This document shows positions 1 through 9,671 of a DNA stretch of 64,000 bases, in pieces (position 1 is the first letter of the stretch; each line of letters opens with the position of its first letter). The notes below the pieces were generated by a model. That model saw nothing but the letters and a program-made list of their open reading frames with translations, made no database searches and had not been told where the DNA came from. The DNA comes from a bacterium (GTDB taxonomy: Bacteria > Electryoneota > Electryoneia > Electryoneales > Electryoneaceae): positions 3,008,001 to 3,072,000 of the forward strand of contig OY769902.1 of the NCBI GenBank assembly GCA_963669175.1. Direction: 5' to 3'. The translations under genes and the position numbers were made by a program.

Positions 1-636
1 CTTGAGTTGGCGAAAAAGAATCTCGCGGATTGTCAGTTGCTGGCCCCGGAAGCGGGGGTTGTCGGAAGGCGTTCCATTGAAGTCGGTGGCGGCGCTGCGC
101 CGGGTGTTACGGCAATCAGGATAGTACAGATCAATCGTGTCAAGGCGGTCATAACGGTGCATGAAAATGAGATCAGTCAGCTTTCGCAGGGAATGACGGC
201 GCTGGTGTCGATTCCTGCGTTGGGAAATCGTGACTGGGAAGCCCGGATTGACGAGATCGGTGTGGTAGCTGATCCTTTGTCGCACACCTACAAGGTAAAA
301 CTGACCATCGCCAATCGTGATCACCAGATCAAGCCAGGCATGATCTGCAATGTGGTGGTCATTCATTCCAATGACGCGCCGGTTTTGTGTTTACCGATAG
401 ATGCGGTTCAGGTTGACGAACACCGTAACAACTATGTCTTCGTGGTGAATACACATGAGATGACAGTCCATAAGAATCTGGTGAAAACGGGTGAATTTCT
501 CCAGGATGGTCTGACTGTCAAAGACGGCCTGGAAGCTGATGATATTGTGGTTGTAAGCGGGCAGCACAAGCTGTATGAGAATGCACCAGTGGTTGTCATG
601 AATATGGATGATGTATCCGGGAGCAGCCGGCAATGA
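1..636 (+). CDS. RND efflux periplasmic adaptor (membrane fusion protein), 5'-truncated by window edge
   Basis: Frame open from base 1; HlyD/MFP C-terminal motifs (L.AP..GVV, ADP.SHTY.V, IKPGM, GL..DD.VVVSG); overlaps start of the RND permease (ATGA). Confidence 0.9.
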   Translation, partial: LELAKKNLADCQLLAPEAGVVGRRSIEVGGGAAPGVTAIRIVQINRVKAVITVHENEISQLSQGMTALVSIPALGNRDWEARIDEIGVVADPLSHTYKVKLTIANRDHQIKPGMICNVVVIHSNDAPVLCLPIDAVQVDEHRNNYVFVVNTHEMTVHKNLVKTGEFLQDGLTVKDGLEADDIVVVSGQHKLYENAPVVVMNMDDVSGSSRQ

Positions 637-3600
637 AGATAATCGAAAAAGTCACCCAGGCTGCGCTGAACAATCAACAGGTTGTTATCGTCGTTACCGC
701 AGCTCTGCTGGTTTTTGGAACAATCTCGTTGTTTGTCATGCCACGTCAGGAATTTCCTGAATTTGTCGTACGCCAGGGGATCATCGTCGGTGTATTTCCG
801 GGCGCGTCTTCAGTAGAGGTAGAGGAGAGGCTGACAACCAAGGTTGAGAACTTCCTGTTCAGTTACGAGGAAGTGGACCGGAACAAAACCTATTCCATTT
901 CTGAAGAAGGGATGATGTACATCTTCGTGGAAGTGCGCGGGGATGTGGAAGATGCGGATCTGTTCTGGGCGACATTGCGGCATGGTTTGCAGGAGTTGAA
1001 AGCGCAATTGCCGCAAGAAGTGCTGGCCTTGATTGCCAACAATAAATTCGGTGATGCCTCGGCTTTGTTGCTGACTTTACAGTCGGACAGGCGCACCTAC
1101 AAGGAGCTGGAAGAATACCTGAATGTGATCGAAGAGGAAATTCGCAAGCTTCCTTCTGTTTCGGCCATTAAACACTATGGCTTGCAGCGTGAAGTCATCA
1201 ATATCTACTTCGATAATGAGAAGATGGCTTCTTACGGAATCAATCCTTATACGCTGTTTGCCATGTTGCGAATGGAGAACTCGGTAACCTATGCCGGGAA
1301 CATTGATGACGGAAAAGTATCCATGCCCGTCCATCTTCCGGACAGGTATGAAACAGAGAAAGACCTGGCTGAACAGATAGTATATACCGATCCTCGTGGT
1401 GTTGTGGTTCGGTTGAAAGATGTCGCGCGTGTGGTTCGAGAGTATGAAGAACCGGATTCCTATGTCCAGATTGACGGTAATAATTGCATCGTCCTGAGCC
1501 TGGAAATGATGAACGGGAACAATATTGTCAAGTTCGGTAAAGACATTGATAAAATCCTGGAACAGACCCTGAAGACTCTTCCGCCGGATCTGCAAATCAA
1601 TACAATCGCTGATATGCCTCAAGCAGTGGACGAGGCTGTAACAGTATTTCTGCATGAGTTTGTCGTTGCAATCCTGGCCGTCATCATTGTGACGATGATT
1701 CTCCTTCCTTTCAGGGTATCCTCCATTGCCGCCTTGACCATACCGATCACAATTCTGGTTACGATGGGCCTGCTGTACATGCGTGGGATAGAGTTACACA
1801 CAGTTTCCCTTGCCGCACTGATCGTTGTTTTGGGAATGGTAGTTGACAATACTATTGTCATCATTGATAACTATGTGGAACAGCTTGACCAGGGCATTGA
1901 TCCCTGGAAAGCGGCGTGGCAGAGTGTTGCCGAGTTATTTATCCCCGTTTTCAGCGCCACGCTGGCCATCATCGCTGTGTTTGTGCCGATGACCATTTTC
2001 CTTACCGGTTTACCGGGTGATTTTGTCAAACCTTTCCCGGATACGATTATCATCACGCTTGGCGTTTCGCTTCTGGTTGCCGTGCTGATCGTGCCGATTC
2101 TTTCCTATACCATGATTAAAACCGGTTTACATAGTCAAAAGGATGAAACGAAAAAGAAGAAAATCTCCATGCTGGACCGTATGCAGAACAGTTACAACAG
2201 GATGATAGAATTCATTTTCAAACACAAAGGAATGATACTTCTGGGATCTGTTTTATTGCTGGCGCTTACTGGGGTAGTCGGTTCGAAACTGACCAGTAAG
2301 TTCGGACCTGTTGTGGATCGTGACCAGTTTGCGGTTGAGATTTACCTGGCGGAAGGAACATCACTGGATCTGACGGCCAAGGCTTGCGAAGATCTTCAGA
2401 ATGTTTTGTTACAAGATCCACGTGTAGAACATGTCACCGCATTTGTCGGCACAAGTTCGCCAAGGTTCCATTCGCTATACGCGCCCAATATGCCGGGTGA
2501 GAACTATGCGCAATTGATCGTAAATACTGTGTCCGTCAAAGCGACCAAGGAAGTTGTCGCGGAGTATGGAAGGACATACAAATCATCCGTTCCTGAAGCA
2601 TTTTATCGTTGGAAACAGCTCGAATTTACGAAATCGATTTATCCTATTGAAATACGAATTTCCGGCGATAACATCAGCGATTTGAAATCTGTCGGCGAAC
2701 GTGTGGAGCAGATTATCCGCGATACCGGCGGTGCATCCTGGATCAGAACGGATTACCGTGAACCGCTTCCCGGGATCAAGGTTCTGGCAAACGAAGATGA
2801 GGCCAACCGCCTGGGCCTGACCAAGGCCATGATTGCTTACACCATAGCATCCGGTGTTAAAGGACTGCCCCTTGCGACAGTCTGGGAGGGTGATTATCCG
2901 GTCAATATTGTTTTGCGCCAGGAAGCATCTGAGAAGACAGATGTGGAAGATTTGAAAAATATGTATATCAGCTCACCGTTCAGTCCTGTCTCTGTTCGAG
3001 CACGACAAGTAGCCAGGATTGAGCCTGAATGGACCGAGGGAGCCATTATAAGGCGAAATGGTAGACGGACTCTCACAGTTTGTGCGGATGTAAAACTTGG
3101 CGAGTTCGCTTACCGGATTTTCAATGAGATCAAACCTCAGATTGAAGGATTGGACCTTCCGGATGGAGTGTCGATTGCCTTTGGTGGGGATCACGAGACT
3201 GAAATAGAGACGTATACACCGTTCGTGTATTCTCTTATCACAAGCATTGTGGTAATCTTCTTCATCTTATTGTTCCAATTTAAAACTGTCCGCCTTTCCA
3301 TGTTGATCATGAGCATAGTCCCCTTCAGCGCATTCGGGGCGCTTGTCGGTTTGCTTCTCTTCAGGTATCCGTTCGGCATGACAGCGTTTATCGGTATCAT
3401 CAGTCTTGTGGGCATGGTCATACGTAATGGTGTCATCTACGTTGATTATGCGGAACATCTGCGAAATGAACAGGGGATGCCGTTGAATGAAGCAGCCCTT
3501 GCAGCCGCCAAACGCAGGTTGCGTCCCATCTTTCTGACATCAATGGCTGCGGCAGTAGGTGTGATTCCCATGATCATAAGTCGTTCGCCGTTATGGGGAC

Positions 3601-5072
3601 CGCTTGGGGCGGTAGTTTGTTTCGGTATGCTGTTTACCATGGTAATCACGCTGATTGTACTGCCGGTTCTCTATACGGTTTTCGGACCGGGTAAAAAGGC
3701 GTCAGTGAAAGGACTGAAGCCCGTCCTCACAGCGATGGTGATCCTTTCCCTCAGTCTGCTGGCAGGTTTTAATCAGGCGCAAGCGCAGAGTGCTCTGACA
3801 TTGGAGCAGGCAAAACAATTCGCCCTGGAAAACAGTATTGAGCTGAGAAATGCGCAGGAGGAAGTACGTGCTGCAAGGCACGTAAAGCGCAGTGCATTTA
3901 CCGGTTATTTCCCGGAAGTCAGCGCCACGGGGATGGTTATGAAAATGAATGATCCCCTGGTCGACTTCAAGATGGATGCCGTCAACCTCCCCGTTTATGA
4001 CGGCAACCCGGCCAACCTGCTTTCGCCAACCGAGTTCGCCTATTTCCCCGGACTGTCCCTCAATGCTGGAGAAGACGTGCTGACCGGCGCTGTCACAGCC
4101 GTACAACCGGTGTTTGCAGGTGGCCGCATTTTTAACGGAAATCGACTGGCGTCCATTGGGGTGGATGTCAGGGAGACACAGCGTGAACTGGCTGAAAAAG
4201 ATGTCCTGATAAAAACAGAACAACAGTACTGGCAACTGGTTTCCCTGAATGAAAAACTCAAGACCATCGAAGCCTACGAAACTCTACTGCTGGACCTTGA
4301 AGAACAGGTTCTCGATGCCTGGAACGCCGGCCTGGTACTCGAAAATGATGTGCTCAAGGTGCAGTTAAAGCTAAGTGAAATCCAGTTAAATAAATCGAAG
4401 CTCTTGAATGGGAAGAAGCTGGCGACCATGGCTTTCTGCCAGTACATCGGTATGCCCTACGATTCAACGATGACGCTTGCTTCCAGTATCGATGATATGG
4501 AAGCGGAGACGCTGAGGCATCTCGATCATGCCGCCGCTCTGGAATCTCGCGGTGAATACCGGTTGCTGCAAAAATCGGTGAAAGCATCCAAGTTGCAAAC
4601 GAATATGGCGATTGGTGAAAACATGCCGACAGTTGCGGTGGGACTGGCAGAATTCTACATGAAAGTGGATGACTACGATCACCTGGACAATGCTGTCGGG
4701 TTTGTCGCCATGCAGATTCCCATTTCAGGCTGGTGGGGTGGGTCTCATAAGATTGCTGAACACAAGGCACACCAGCGCATCGCTGAGAACAGGCTGGAAG
4801 ATTCCGAAGAGCTGCTTCTGCTGCAAATGGATAAAACCTGGCAGGACTACACAGAAGCGCAGGATCAATACAAACTCAGCCTGCAAACACAACAACAGGT
4901 ACAGACCAATGTGCGCGTAACCAAGTCTGCGTATGATAATGGAGTCGTAGATGTGTCCGATTTGCTGGAAGCGCAGGCGTTGTTACAGGAGGCCAATGAC
5001 CGTGTTATCGAAGCCAGAATCGATCTCCGGATGAAGAAACTTCAGTATCTGCAGGCAACGGGAAAGCTGTAG
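633..5072 (+). CDS. RND efflux permease (AcrB/CusA type) fused to a C-terminal TolC-family outer-membrane channel
   Basis: aa 1-~1020: RND TM4 GMVVDNTIV, TM11 RRLRPIFLTS, RRNGRRTLTV. aa ~1050-1479: TolC motifs (LTLEQA..ALENS, QPVFAGGRI, YDNGVVDVSDLLEAQ, YLQATG). Confidence 0.92.
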   Translation: MKIIEKVTQAALNNQQVVIVVTAALLVFGTISLFVMPRQEFPEFVVRQGIIVGVFPGASSVEVEERLTTKVENFLFSYEEVDRNKTYSISEEGMMYIFVEVRGDVEDADLFWATLRHGLQELKAQLPQEVLALIANNKFGDASALLLTLQSDRRTYKELEEYLNVIEEEIRKLPSVSAIKHYGLQREVINIYFDNEKMASYGINPYTLFAMLRMENSVTYAGNIDDGKVSMPVHLPDRYETEKDLAEQIVYTDPRGVVVRLKDVARVVREYEEPDSYVQIDGNNCIVLSLEMMNGNNIVKFGKDIDKILEQTLKTLPPDLQINTIADMPQAVDEAVTVFLHEFVVAILAVIIVTMILLPFRVSSIAALTIPITILVTMGLLYMRGIELHTVSLAALIVVLGMVVDNTIVIIDNYVEQLDQGIDPWKAAWQSVAELFIPVFSATLAIIAVFVPMTIFLTGLPGDFVKPFPDTIIITLGVSLLVAVLIVPILSYTMIKTGLHSQKDETKKKKISMLDRMQNSYNRMIEFIFKHKGMILLGSVLLLALTGVVGSKLTSKFGPVVDRDQFAVEIYLAEGTSLDLTAKACEDLQNVLLQDPRVEHVTAFVGTSSPRFHSLYAPNMPGENYAQLIVNTVSVKATKEVVAEYGRTYKSSVPEAFYRWKQLEFTKSIYPIEIRISGDNISDLKSVGERVEQIIRDTGGASWIRTDYREPLPGIKVLANEDEANRLGLTKAMIAYTIASGVKGLPLATVWEGDYPVNIVLRQEASEKTDVEDLKNMYISSPFSPVSVRARQVARIEPEWTEGAIIRRNGRRTLTVCADVKLGEFAYRIFNEIKPQIEGLDLPDGVSIAFGGDHETEIETYTPFVYSLITSIVVIFFILLFQFKTVRLSMLIMSIVPFSAFGALVGLLLFRYPFGMTAFIGIISLVGMVIRNGVIYVDYAEHLRNEQGMPLNEAALAAAKRRLRPIFLTSMAAAVGVIPMIISRSPLWGPLGAVVCFGMLFTMVITLIVLPVLYTVFGPGKKASVKGLKPVLTAMVILSLSLLAGFNQAQAQSALTLEQAKQFALENSIELRNAQEEVRAARHVKRSAFTGYFPEVSATGMVMKMNDPLVDFKMDAVNLPVYDGNPANLLSPTEFAYFPGLSLNAGEDVLTGAVTAVQPVFAGGRIFNGNRLASIGVDVRETQRELAEKDVLIKTEQQYWQLVSLNEKLKTIEAYETLLLDLEEQVLDAWNAGLVLENDVLKVQLKLSEIQLNKSKLLNGKKLATMAFCQYIGMPYDSTMTLASSIDDMEAETLRHLDHAAALESRGEYRLLQKSVKASKLQTNMAIGENMPTVAVGLAEFYMKVDDYDHLDNAVGFVAMQIPISGWWGGSHKIAEHKAHQRIAENRLEDSEELLLLQMDKTWQDYTEAQDQYKLSLQTQQQVQTNVRVTKSAYDNGVVDVSDLLEAQALLQEANDRVIEARIDLRMKKLQYLQATGKL

Positions 5073-5152
5073 ACCATGATTTTGCTGACCGTTACCGGGG
5101 CAACTTCCTTTTCTCCCACATAAACCACCTGCCGTCCCGGTAGCGTGAAGGC

Positions 5153-5244
5153 CTGGTGATCGGGTTGCTGTCCCTGTGGGATCAGAGCGGTTTCTGATTC
5201 CCCCAGACTGACGCCGTTTCCTCCCACAGGGAACCCGATTCCAG
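5153..5244. other. Long intergenic stem-loop
   Basis: ctgg-tg-atcgggtt..ccctgtggga pairs with tcccacaggg-aacccgat-t-ccag; inner hairpin atcaga/tctgat. Confidence 0.55.
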
Positions 5245-5339
5245 TTCCTGCTAATCAAATATAAAGAATATAAAGCGATTCTCATTATTAATCCGTCATG
5301 TGGTCATGTGCCAGATCAGTGAAAGGTCAACCATATAGT

Positions 5340-5553
5340 TGGAATAAAGGATATGGAAAAAGGGGACTGCCTCCTTTCCCTGGGGGAAAGCCTTCCCGGT
5401 CTGAGCAGGGATCGGGAAAGGTGGCGGTACCCATTTTCTTGAGAGCAGGCAGGACGTACACGGAAAAGGGGACAGTTTCCTTTTCCAGGAATACTTCAGG
5501 AATATTCCGTATAAACGAGAGGAAAAGGATCCCGTCCCCTTTTCCCGGCAATC
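5340..5553. repeat. REP-like cluster, family A (four ~25-bp GGAAAA-N-TTTTCC imperfect palindromes in inverted pairs)
   Basis: Units at 5355-5380, 5414-5438, 5462-5486, 5521-5546; closely similar copy at 35250-35355. Confidence 0.8.
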
Positions 5554-5800
5554 ATACATTATGACGGAATAAAACCGAGAACAGCTGTATTTTCTTCTTT
5601 CAGTCCTTTTCCTTATACTCAATCGCACTGAAGGGAAAGCGCATTGGAGTGGAAAACTTCTCTGGAGTATACCAGCGATTGGAATCTTGGAGAGACAGAC
5701 CGTATAATCAAAGCTACCTTGGTTTCCTACTCATGTTGGAATCTCCCAGGTCCAGGGGAGACCTGGAGATCGTTTTGCGGCGCCGTAAGCAGGGAGGCTA

Positions 5801-7141
5801 TTGATGCGGCCTGGATTCATTGTAGTAGTCCTACTACTTTTTTTCATGATTCTAATTGGGGCTCCGGTCACACCGGCATTTGCCGACAGTGACAATAACG
5901 ATAGCGCTCCATCAGATAGCATAAAGCAATGGAAAGATAAGAACCTCAAGAAATCAGCTCTTGCCTGGACCGGAAGCGCTATCGGGGATGTCATCTACTT
6001 TCCATTCTGGCTTACGTTTTCCATTCTCAAAGAAGGCGTAACAATCGTTGAAAAGACAAAGATTGTTGAAAAAATCGACGATTTGCTCACCAAGGATGAC
6101 GGCACCCGGAAACTGGAACCGATTATCTCGCCAAGCAGGGGCATTGGAGGACGACTTATCCTGAAACGGCACGGTGATGACCTTGCACGTCTGAATCTTG
6201 CCGCATCAGGATTACATGAAGGAAGAAGCCTCGAAGAGCTAGAGCTGGCTGATGTTCCGTTGGCCGGTCGCGCCCTGATGATGAACCTTTACGGATTCTA
6301 CGCACGCATGCCGGAAGAACCGTTCTTCGGGTACGGACCGCATTCTTCCTATGAGATGGGTAGCGAATTCGGGATTGAACGCTTCGGTGGTGAACTCGGG
6401 CTGGCTTCAGAAGTTCTGCAACATGTCGAGCTTGAAGGTTTTGGCGGATACCAGTCTACACGTTCCTTCCGTGAAGAGGAAGAAGATGATGGTAACACAG
6501 GCGATGATTTTCCTGATAATCCGCTTTGGTCGATCACTCCGCTGAACACTTATCCCGGTGGGGATGAAAGGGTTGAACTGATGTTTGTCGGCGCCGGTTT
6601 TTCAATCGACAAACGCAATCATTTGGGCATTCCCACAAAAGGCTATCAGTTTACACTGACGTCCAGCCTGTTCACTGAAGTGGAAGAAGAGAATTTCGGC
6701 TTCCTGAAAACCTACGTCGATTTCCGGAAGTATATCCATCTTTTTTACGGACGTACCCTGATCGTCCGCATGGCTGGTGAGTTTACTGATCCCTTCGATG
6801 ACCGGATGATCCCTTTCTACAACCTTTCCGAGATTGGTGAAACCAATACGGTGCGCGGGTTTAAACGTGGACGTTTCAGGGATAATGATGCCGTTTACGG
6901 AACCCTGGAATACCGTGTCCCGATCCGGGATGTCTGGCAGGAATCCGGGTATGATTTCCATGTGTTCGCAGATGGCGGCCAGGTTGCTTCGGATATCTTC
7001 CAGGATTTCACCTGGAAGAATTCGCAAGCCGGTTTTGGTTTTGGAGTAAGAACCTGGAACCTGGAAAAAGAAGCGTTACGGGTTGATTTCGGGTTCTGCC
7101 GTGACGGTTTCAGAATCTACCTCGTACTGAATGCCATCTAG
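5801..7141 (+). CDS. BamA/TamA (Omp85) family outer-membrane beta-barrel protein without recognisable POTRA domains
   Basis: Signal peptide (AFA-D); Omp85 motifs TVRGFKRGRFRD, LEYRVPI, FADGGQV, GFGFGVR, LRVDFG. Confidence 0.85.
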   Translation: MMRPGFIVVVLLLFFMILIGAPVTPAFADSDNNDSAPSDSIKQWKDKNLKKSALAWTGSAIGDVIYFPFWLTFSILKEGVTIVEKTKIVEKIDDLLTKDDGTRKLEPIISPSRGIGGRLILKRHGDDLARLNLAASGLHEGRSLEELELADVPLAGRALMMNLYGFYARMPEEPFFGYGPHSSYEMGSEFGIERFGGELGLASEVLQHVELEGFGGYQSTRSFREEEEDDGNTGDDFPDNPLWSITPLNTYPGGDERVELMFVGAGFSIDKRNHLGIPTKGYQFTLTSSLFTEVEEENFGFLKTYVDFRKYIHLFYGRTLIVRMAGEFTDPFDDRMIPFYNLSEIGETNTVRGFKRGRFRDNDAVYGTLEYRVPIRDVWQESGYDFHVFADGGQVASDIFQDFTWKNSQAGFGFGVRTWNLEKEALRVDFGFCRDGFRIYLVLNAI

Positions 7142-7151
7142 GGGATTGACC

Positions 7152-8849
7152 ATGTTGACCATAAAACAGCTTTCAAAACATTTTGCCGGTGTTGTTCTGA
7201 TTGGAACAGTCGTAGCGGTGTTTTCCGGGTGTGCGGCGCATGAGAAGTTTATCCCGCCAGATCCGCTACCCAGTGATAATAACAGTGTGCCGACCCCGGA
7301 ATACAGGGGGGCGCCGCTTGATTTTGAAGACGCCCTGGACAAACAGCTTATCCTGCAGGGTGACCAGTTATGTGATTTTACCCGTGCCTATGGCAATGTT
7401 ACGGATCGCCCCAAACAGGCGCTGAACTTGACCGCGTTTGATGAGGTTCCGAATTCGACCTGGTTCACCAATCGTAACGCGACAAAACCGATGAGCCTGG
7501 AAGAAATACGGATCGGTCCGGATAAGGGAAATGGACCTGATCCCAACACCACGTGGATTATCAAACGGGCCAAGGCGGAAGGAGTGACTCCGGGATTCCA
7601 TATCAAGGACGGTCATGGAGATCGGTATGTGATCAAGTTTGATCCTATCGGATTCTCGGGGTTGAATTCCGGCGCGGAAGTTGTTGGAACCAAGCTCTTC
7701 TATGCCGCCGGATACAATACTCCGGAAAATTATATCGTCTATTTCAATCCTGATATTCTGGAGATGGGTGATGGCGTAAAGATCGTGGACGAGAAAGGTC
7801 GTAAACGTCTGATGACGGAAGAGGATCTGGAAGCGATCCTGGCGCGTGTGGAATATCGTGAAGATGGCACCATTCGTGCCTTGGCAAGCAAATATATCCC
7901 CGGGAATCTGCTCGGACCTTTCGATTTCGAGGGAGTTCGCAAGGATGACCCCAATGATTTTGTCCCGCATGAACACCGCCGCGAGTTGAGAGGACAGAGA
8001 ATATTCGCCACCTGGATCAACCATATTGACGCCAAGCAGGCGAACTCGATGGACACTTACATCGGGGAGGAAGGTGAAGGGCATGTTATTCACTATATGA
8101 TGGACTTCGGCACCACCTTGGGCAGTGGCGGGCGTGGTCCCCATCCGAAATACCGTGGTCATCAGAACGAACTCGATCCGCATGGAGTCCTGTTCAAGAT
8201 ACTCACTCTCGGATTCTGGGTTGAGGATTGGGAAAAGACGGATACTGTAGCCTATCCCAGCGCGGGACGGTTTTCACCGACTGATGTTGACCCGGATGGT
8301 TTCAAATTCATCTTCCCGAACCCGGCCTACGATAACTGCACTGATCTGGATGGATACTGGGGCGCTAAGCTGGTTATGTCTTTCCGGGATGATCAGCTTG
8401 CAGCGGCCGTGTCAACAGGACAATACCCGTATGACGCTGCTGAGTATCTGACCAAAACCCTGATCAGCAGACGGGATATTATTGGTCGTTTCTGGTTTGA
8501 CCGGGTCGCGCCATTGGATTGGTTCAAACTGGAGAAGGATCAGGAAAACAACCTGTCGCTAGTCTGGACAGATCTTGCCGTGGAATATAACCTGGAAGAT
8601 GATGGGAAAACGCTTTACACCTGTGAATTAAGTATGGACGCCGGTAAGACGGTGTTCTATTCTGCAGAATCGACCAGCGGGCAGGTGCTGTTACAAAATA
8701 TCCCCTGGGATTCGGGAGATCAGCTCATGGTGACCATCCGACTGCAACGCCCCGGTGAGAAGGAACAAAGCCGCTGGACAAAGGTGTACCTTGAGCGAGA
8801 TCCGGAAACCGGCGCTCCCTGCCTGGTTGGGTTGCAACGGGAAGAATAG
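7152..8849 (+). CDS. Lipoprotein with atypical (HipA/PI3-4K-like) kinase-fold motifs
   Basis: ATG 7152 after GGGGA; lipobox VFSG-C; KAEGVTPGF loop, YVIKFD (beta3 Lys), GAEVV (alphaC Glu), WINHIDAKQAN (catalytic D..N), YMMDFG. Confidence 0.7.
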   Translation: MLTIKQLSKHFAGVVLIGTVVAVFSGCAAHEKFIPPDPLPSDNNSVPTPEYRGAPLDFEDALDKQLILQGDQLCDFTRAYGNVTDRPKQALNLTAFDEVPNSTWFTNRNATKPMSLEEIRIGPDKGNGPDPNTTWIIKRAKAEGVTPGFHIKDGHGDRYVIKFDPIGFSGLNSGAEVVGTKLFYAAGYNTPENYIVYFNPDILEMGDGVKIVDEKGRKRLMTEEDLEAILARVEYREDGTIRALASKYIPGNLLGPFDFEGVRKDDPNDFVPHEHRRELRGQRIFATWINHIDAKQANSMDTYIGEEGEGHVIHYMMDFGTTLGSGGRGPHPKYRGHQNELDPHGVLFKILTLGFWVEDWEKTDTVAYPSAGRFSPTDVDPDGFKFIFPNPAYDNCTDLDGYWGAKLVMSFRDDQLAAAVSTGQYPYDAAEYLTKTLISRRDIIGRFWFDRVAPLDWFKLEKDQENNLSLVWTDLAVEYNLEDDGKTLYTCELSMDAGKTVFYSAESTSGQVLLQNIPWDSGDQLMVTIRLQRPGEKEQSRWTKVYLERDPETGAPCLVGLQREE

Positions 8850-8885
8850 GAGTACAAGGACGCTGGTATAACCTTAGCGACAGTA

Positions 8886-8954
8886 CAGGTGGTCCCGAAT
8901 AGGTGATCCCGAATAGGTGATCCCGAACAGATGGGGCCGAACAGGGTGGGCCGA
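8886..8954. repeat. Tandem repeat, ~14-bp unit aggtgatcccgaa(t/c), ~5 degenerate copies
   Basis: aggtggtcccgaat aggtgatcccgaat aggtgatcccgaac agatggggccgaac agggtgggccgaa. Confidence 0.8.
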
Positions 8955-9211
8955 AAGTATTTGCTGATTCGAAAGTGTGCTGAATCAAAAGTATTTGCTG
9001 AATCGAAAGTTTTTGCTGATTCGATAGTATTTGTTGACTCGAAAAGTATTTGCTGATTCGAAAGTATTTGCTGAATCGAAAGTATTTGCTGATTCAAAAG
9101 TATTTGCTGATTCGAAAGTGTGCTGAATCGAAAGTGTTTGCTGATTTAAAAGTGTTTGCTGAATCGAAAGTATTTGCTGATTTAAAAGTGTTTGCTGATT
9201 CGAAAATATTT
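8952..9211. repeat. Tandem repeat, 18-bp unit cgaaagtatttgctga(a/t)t, 14 copies plus a partial copy
   Basis: Read directly; includes two 16-bp variants (cgaaagtgtgctgaat) and one 19-bp variant; no unique spacers. Confidence 0.95.
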
Positions 9212-9415
9212 AGCCTGCTTTAGCAGGCTCCTCTTAGCACCCGGCTTTAGCCGGGTGGATGGATATAACAAATGCTATGAGCGCGCTTTAGCGTGCTTTA
9301 ACGTCATAGAACCTATACGAATCAGGAAAGCACCCTGAAGGGCGCTCGAACCGTTGTTGTCCTTGTTCCCCCGGCTAAAGCCGGGGGCTAAGAGGAGCAG
9401 GCTAAAGCCTGCTAA
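9210..9415. mobile_element. REPIN/MITE-like palindromic element (family B; TTTA/TAAA-loop hairpins resembling IS200/IS605 or RAYT ends)
   Basis: ~50-bp inverted termini: tagcctgctttagcaggctcctcttagcacccggctttagccgggtgga and tcccccggctaaagccgggggctaagaggagcaggctaaagcctgcta; internal hairpins agcgcgctttagcgtgct and agcaccctgaagggcgct; no transposase. Confidence 0.75.
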
Positions 9416-9433
9416 CACAAGTAAATAGATATT

Positions 9434-9570
9434 ATCGAAAGCGTGCAATCGAAAGCGTGCGATCAGGGAGCGTGCAATCGGAAGCATGCAATCAGGGAGC
9501 GTGCAATCGAAAGCGTGCAATCGAAAGCGTGCAATCAGGGAGCGTGCAATCGAACGAGTGCAATCAGGAA
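9434..9570. repeat. Tandem repeat, 14/15-bp units atcgaaagcgtgca and atcagggagcgtgca, ~9-10 copies
   Basis: Read directly; two unit types interspersed. Confidence 0.92.
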
Positions 9571-9671
9571 GAAGCAGACTCTGGATAAGACAAATGTCCA
9601 GTGCCAGAAAGAAGCTGCCGCCAACCTGAAACGGTAAAGGCATTCGGGAACGACTATACAAGCGAGAATAC

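Noticed and set aside
5075-5260. Cobalamin riboswitch
   Set aside because: No B12 box or GGGAA/GCCACUG core on either strand
5355-5546. Degenerate CRISPR (25-bp palindromes at ~50-60 bp period)
   Set aside because: Units are divergent and alternate in orientation, which is REP/BIME behaviour
8886-9570. CRISPR array
   Set aside because: Units are directly adjacent with no unique spacers, are shorter than 20 bp, and no cas genes are present
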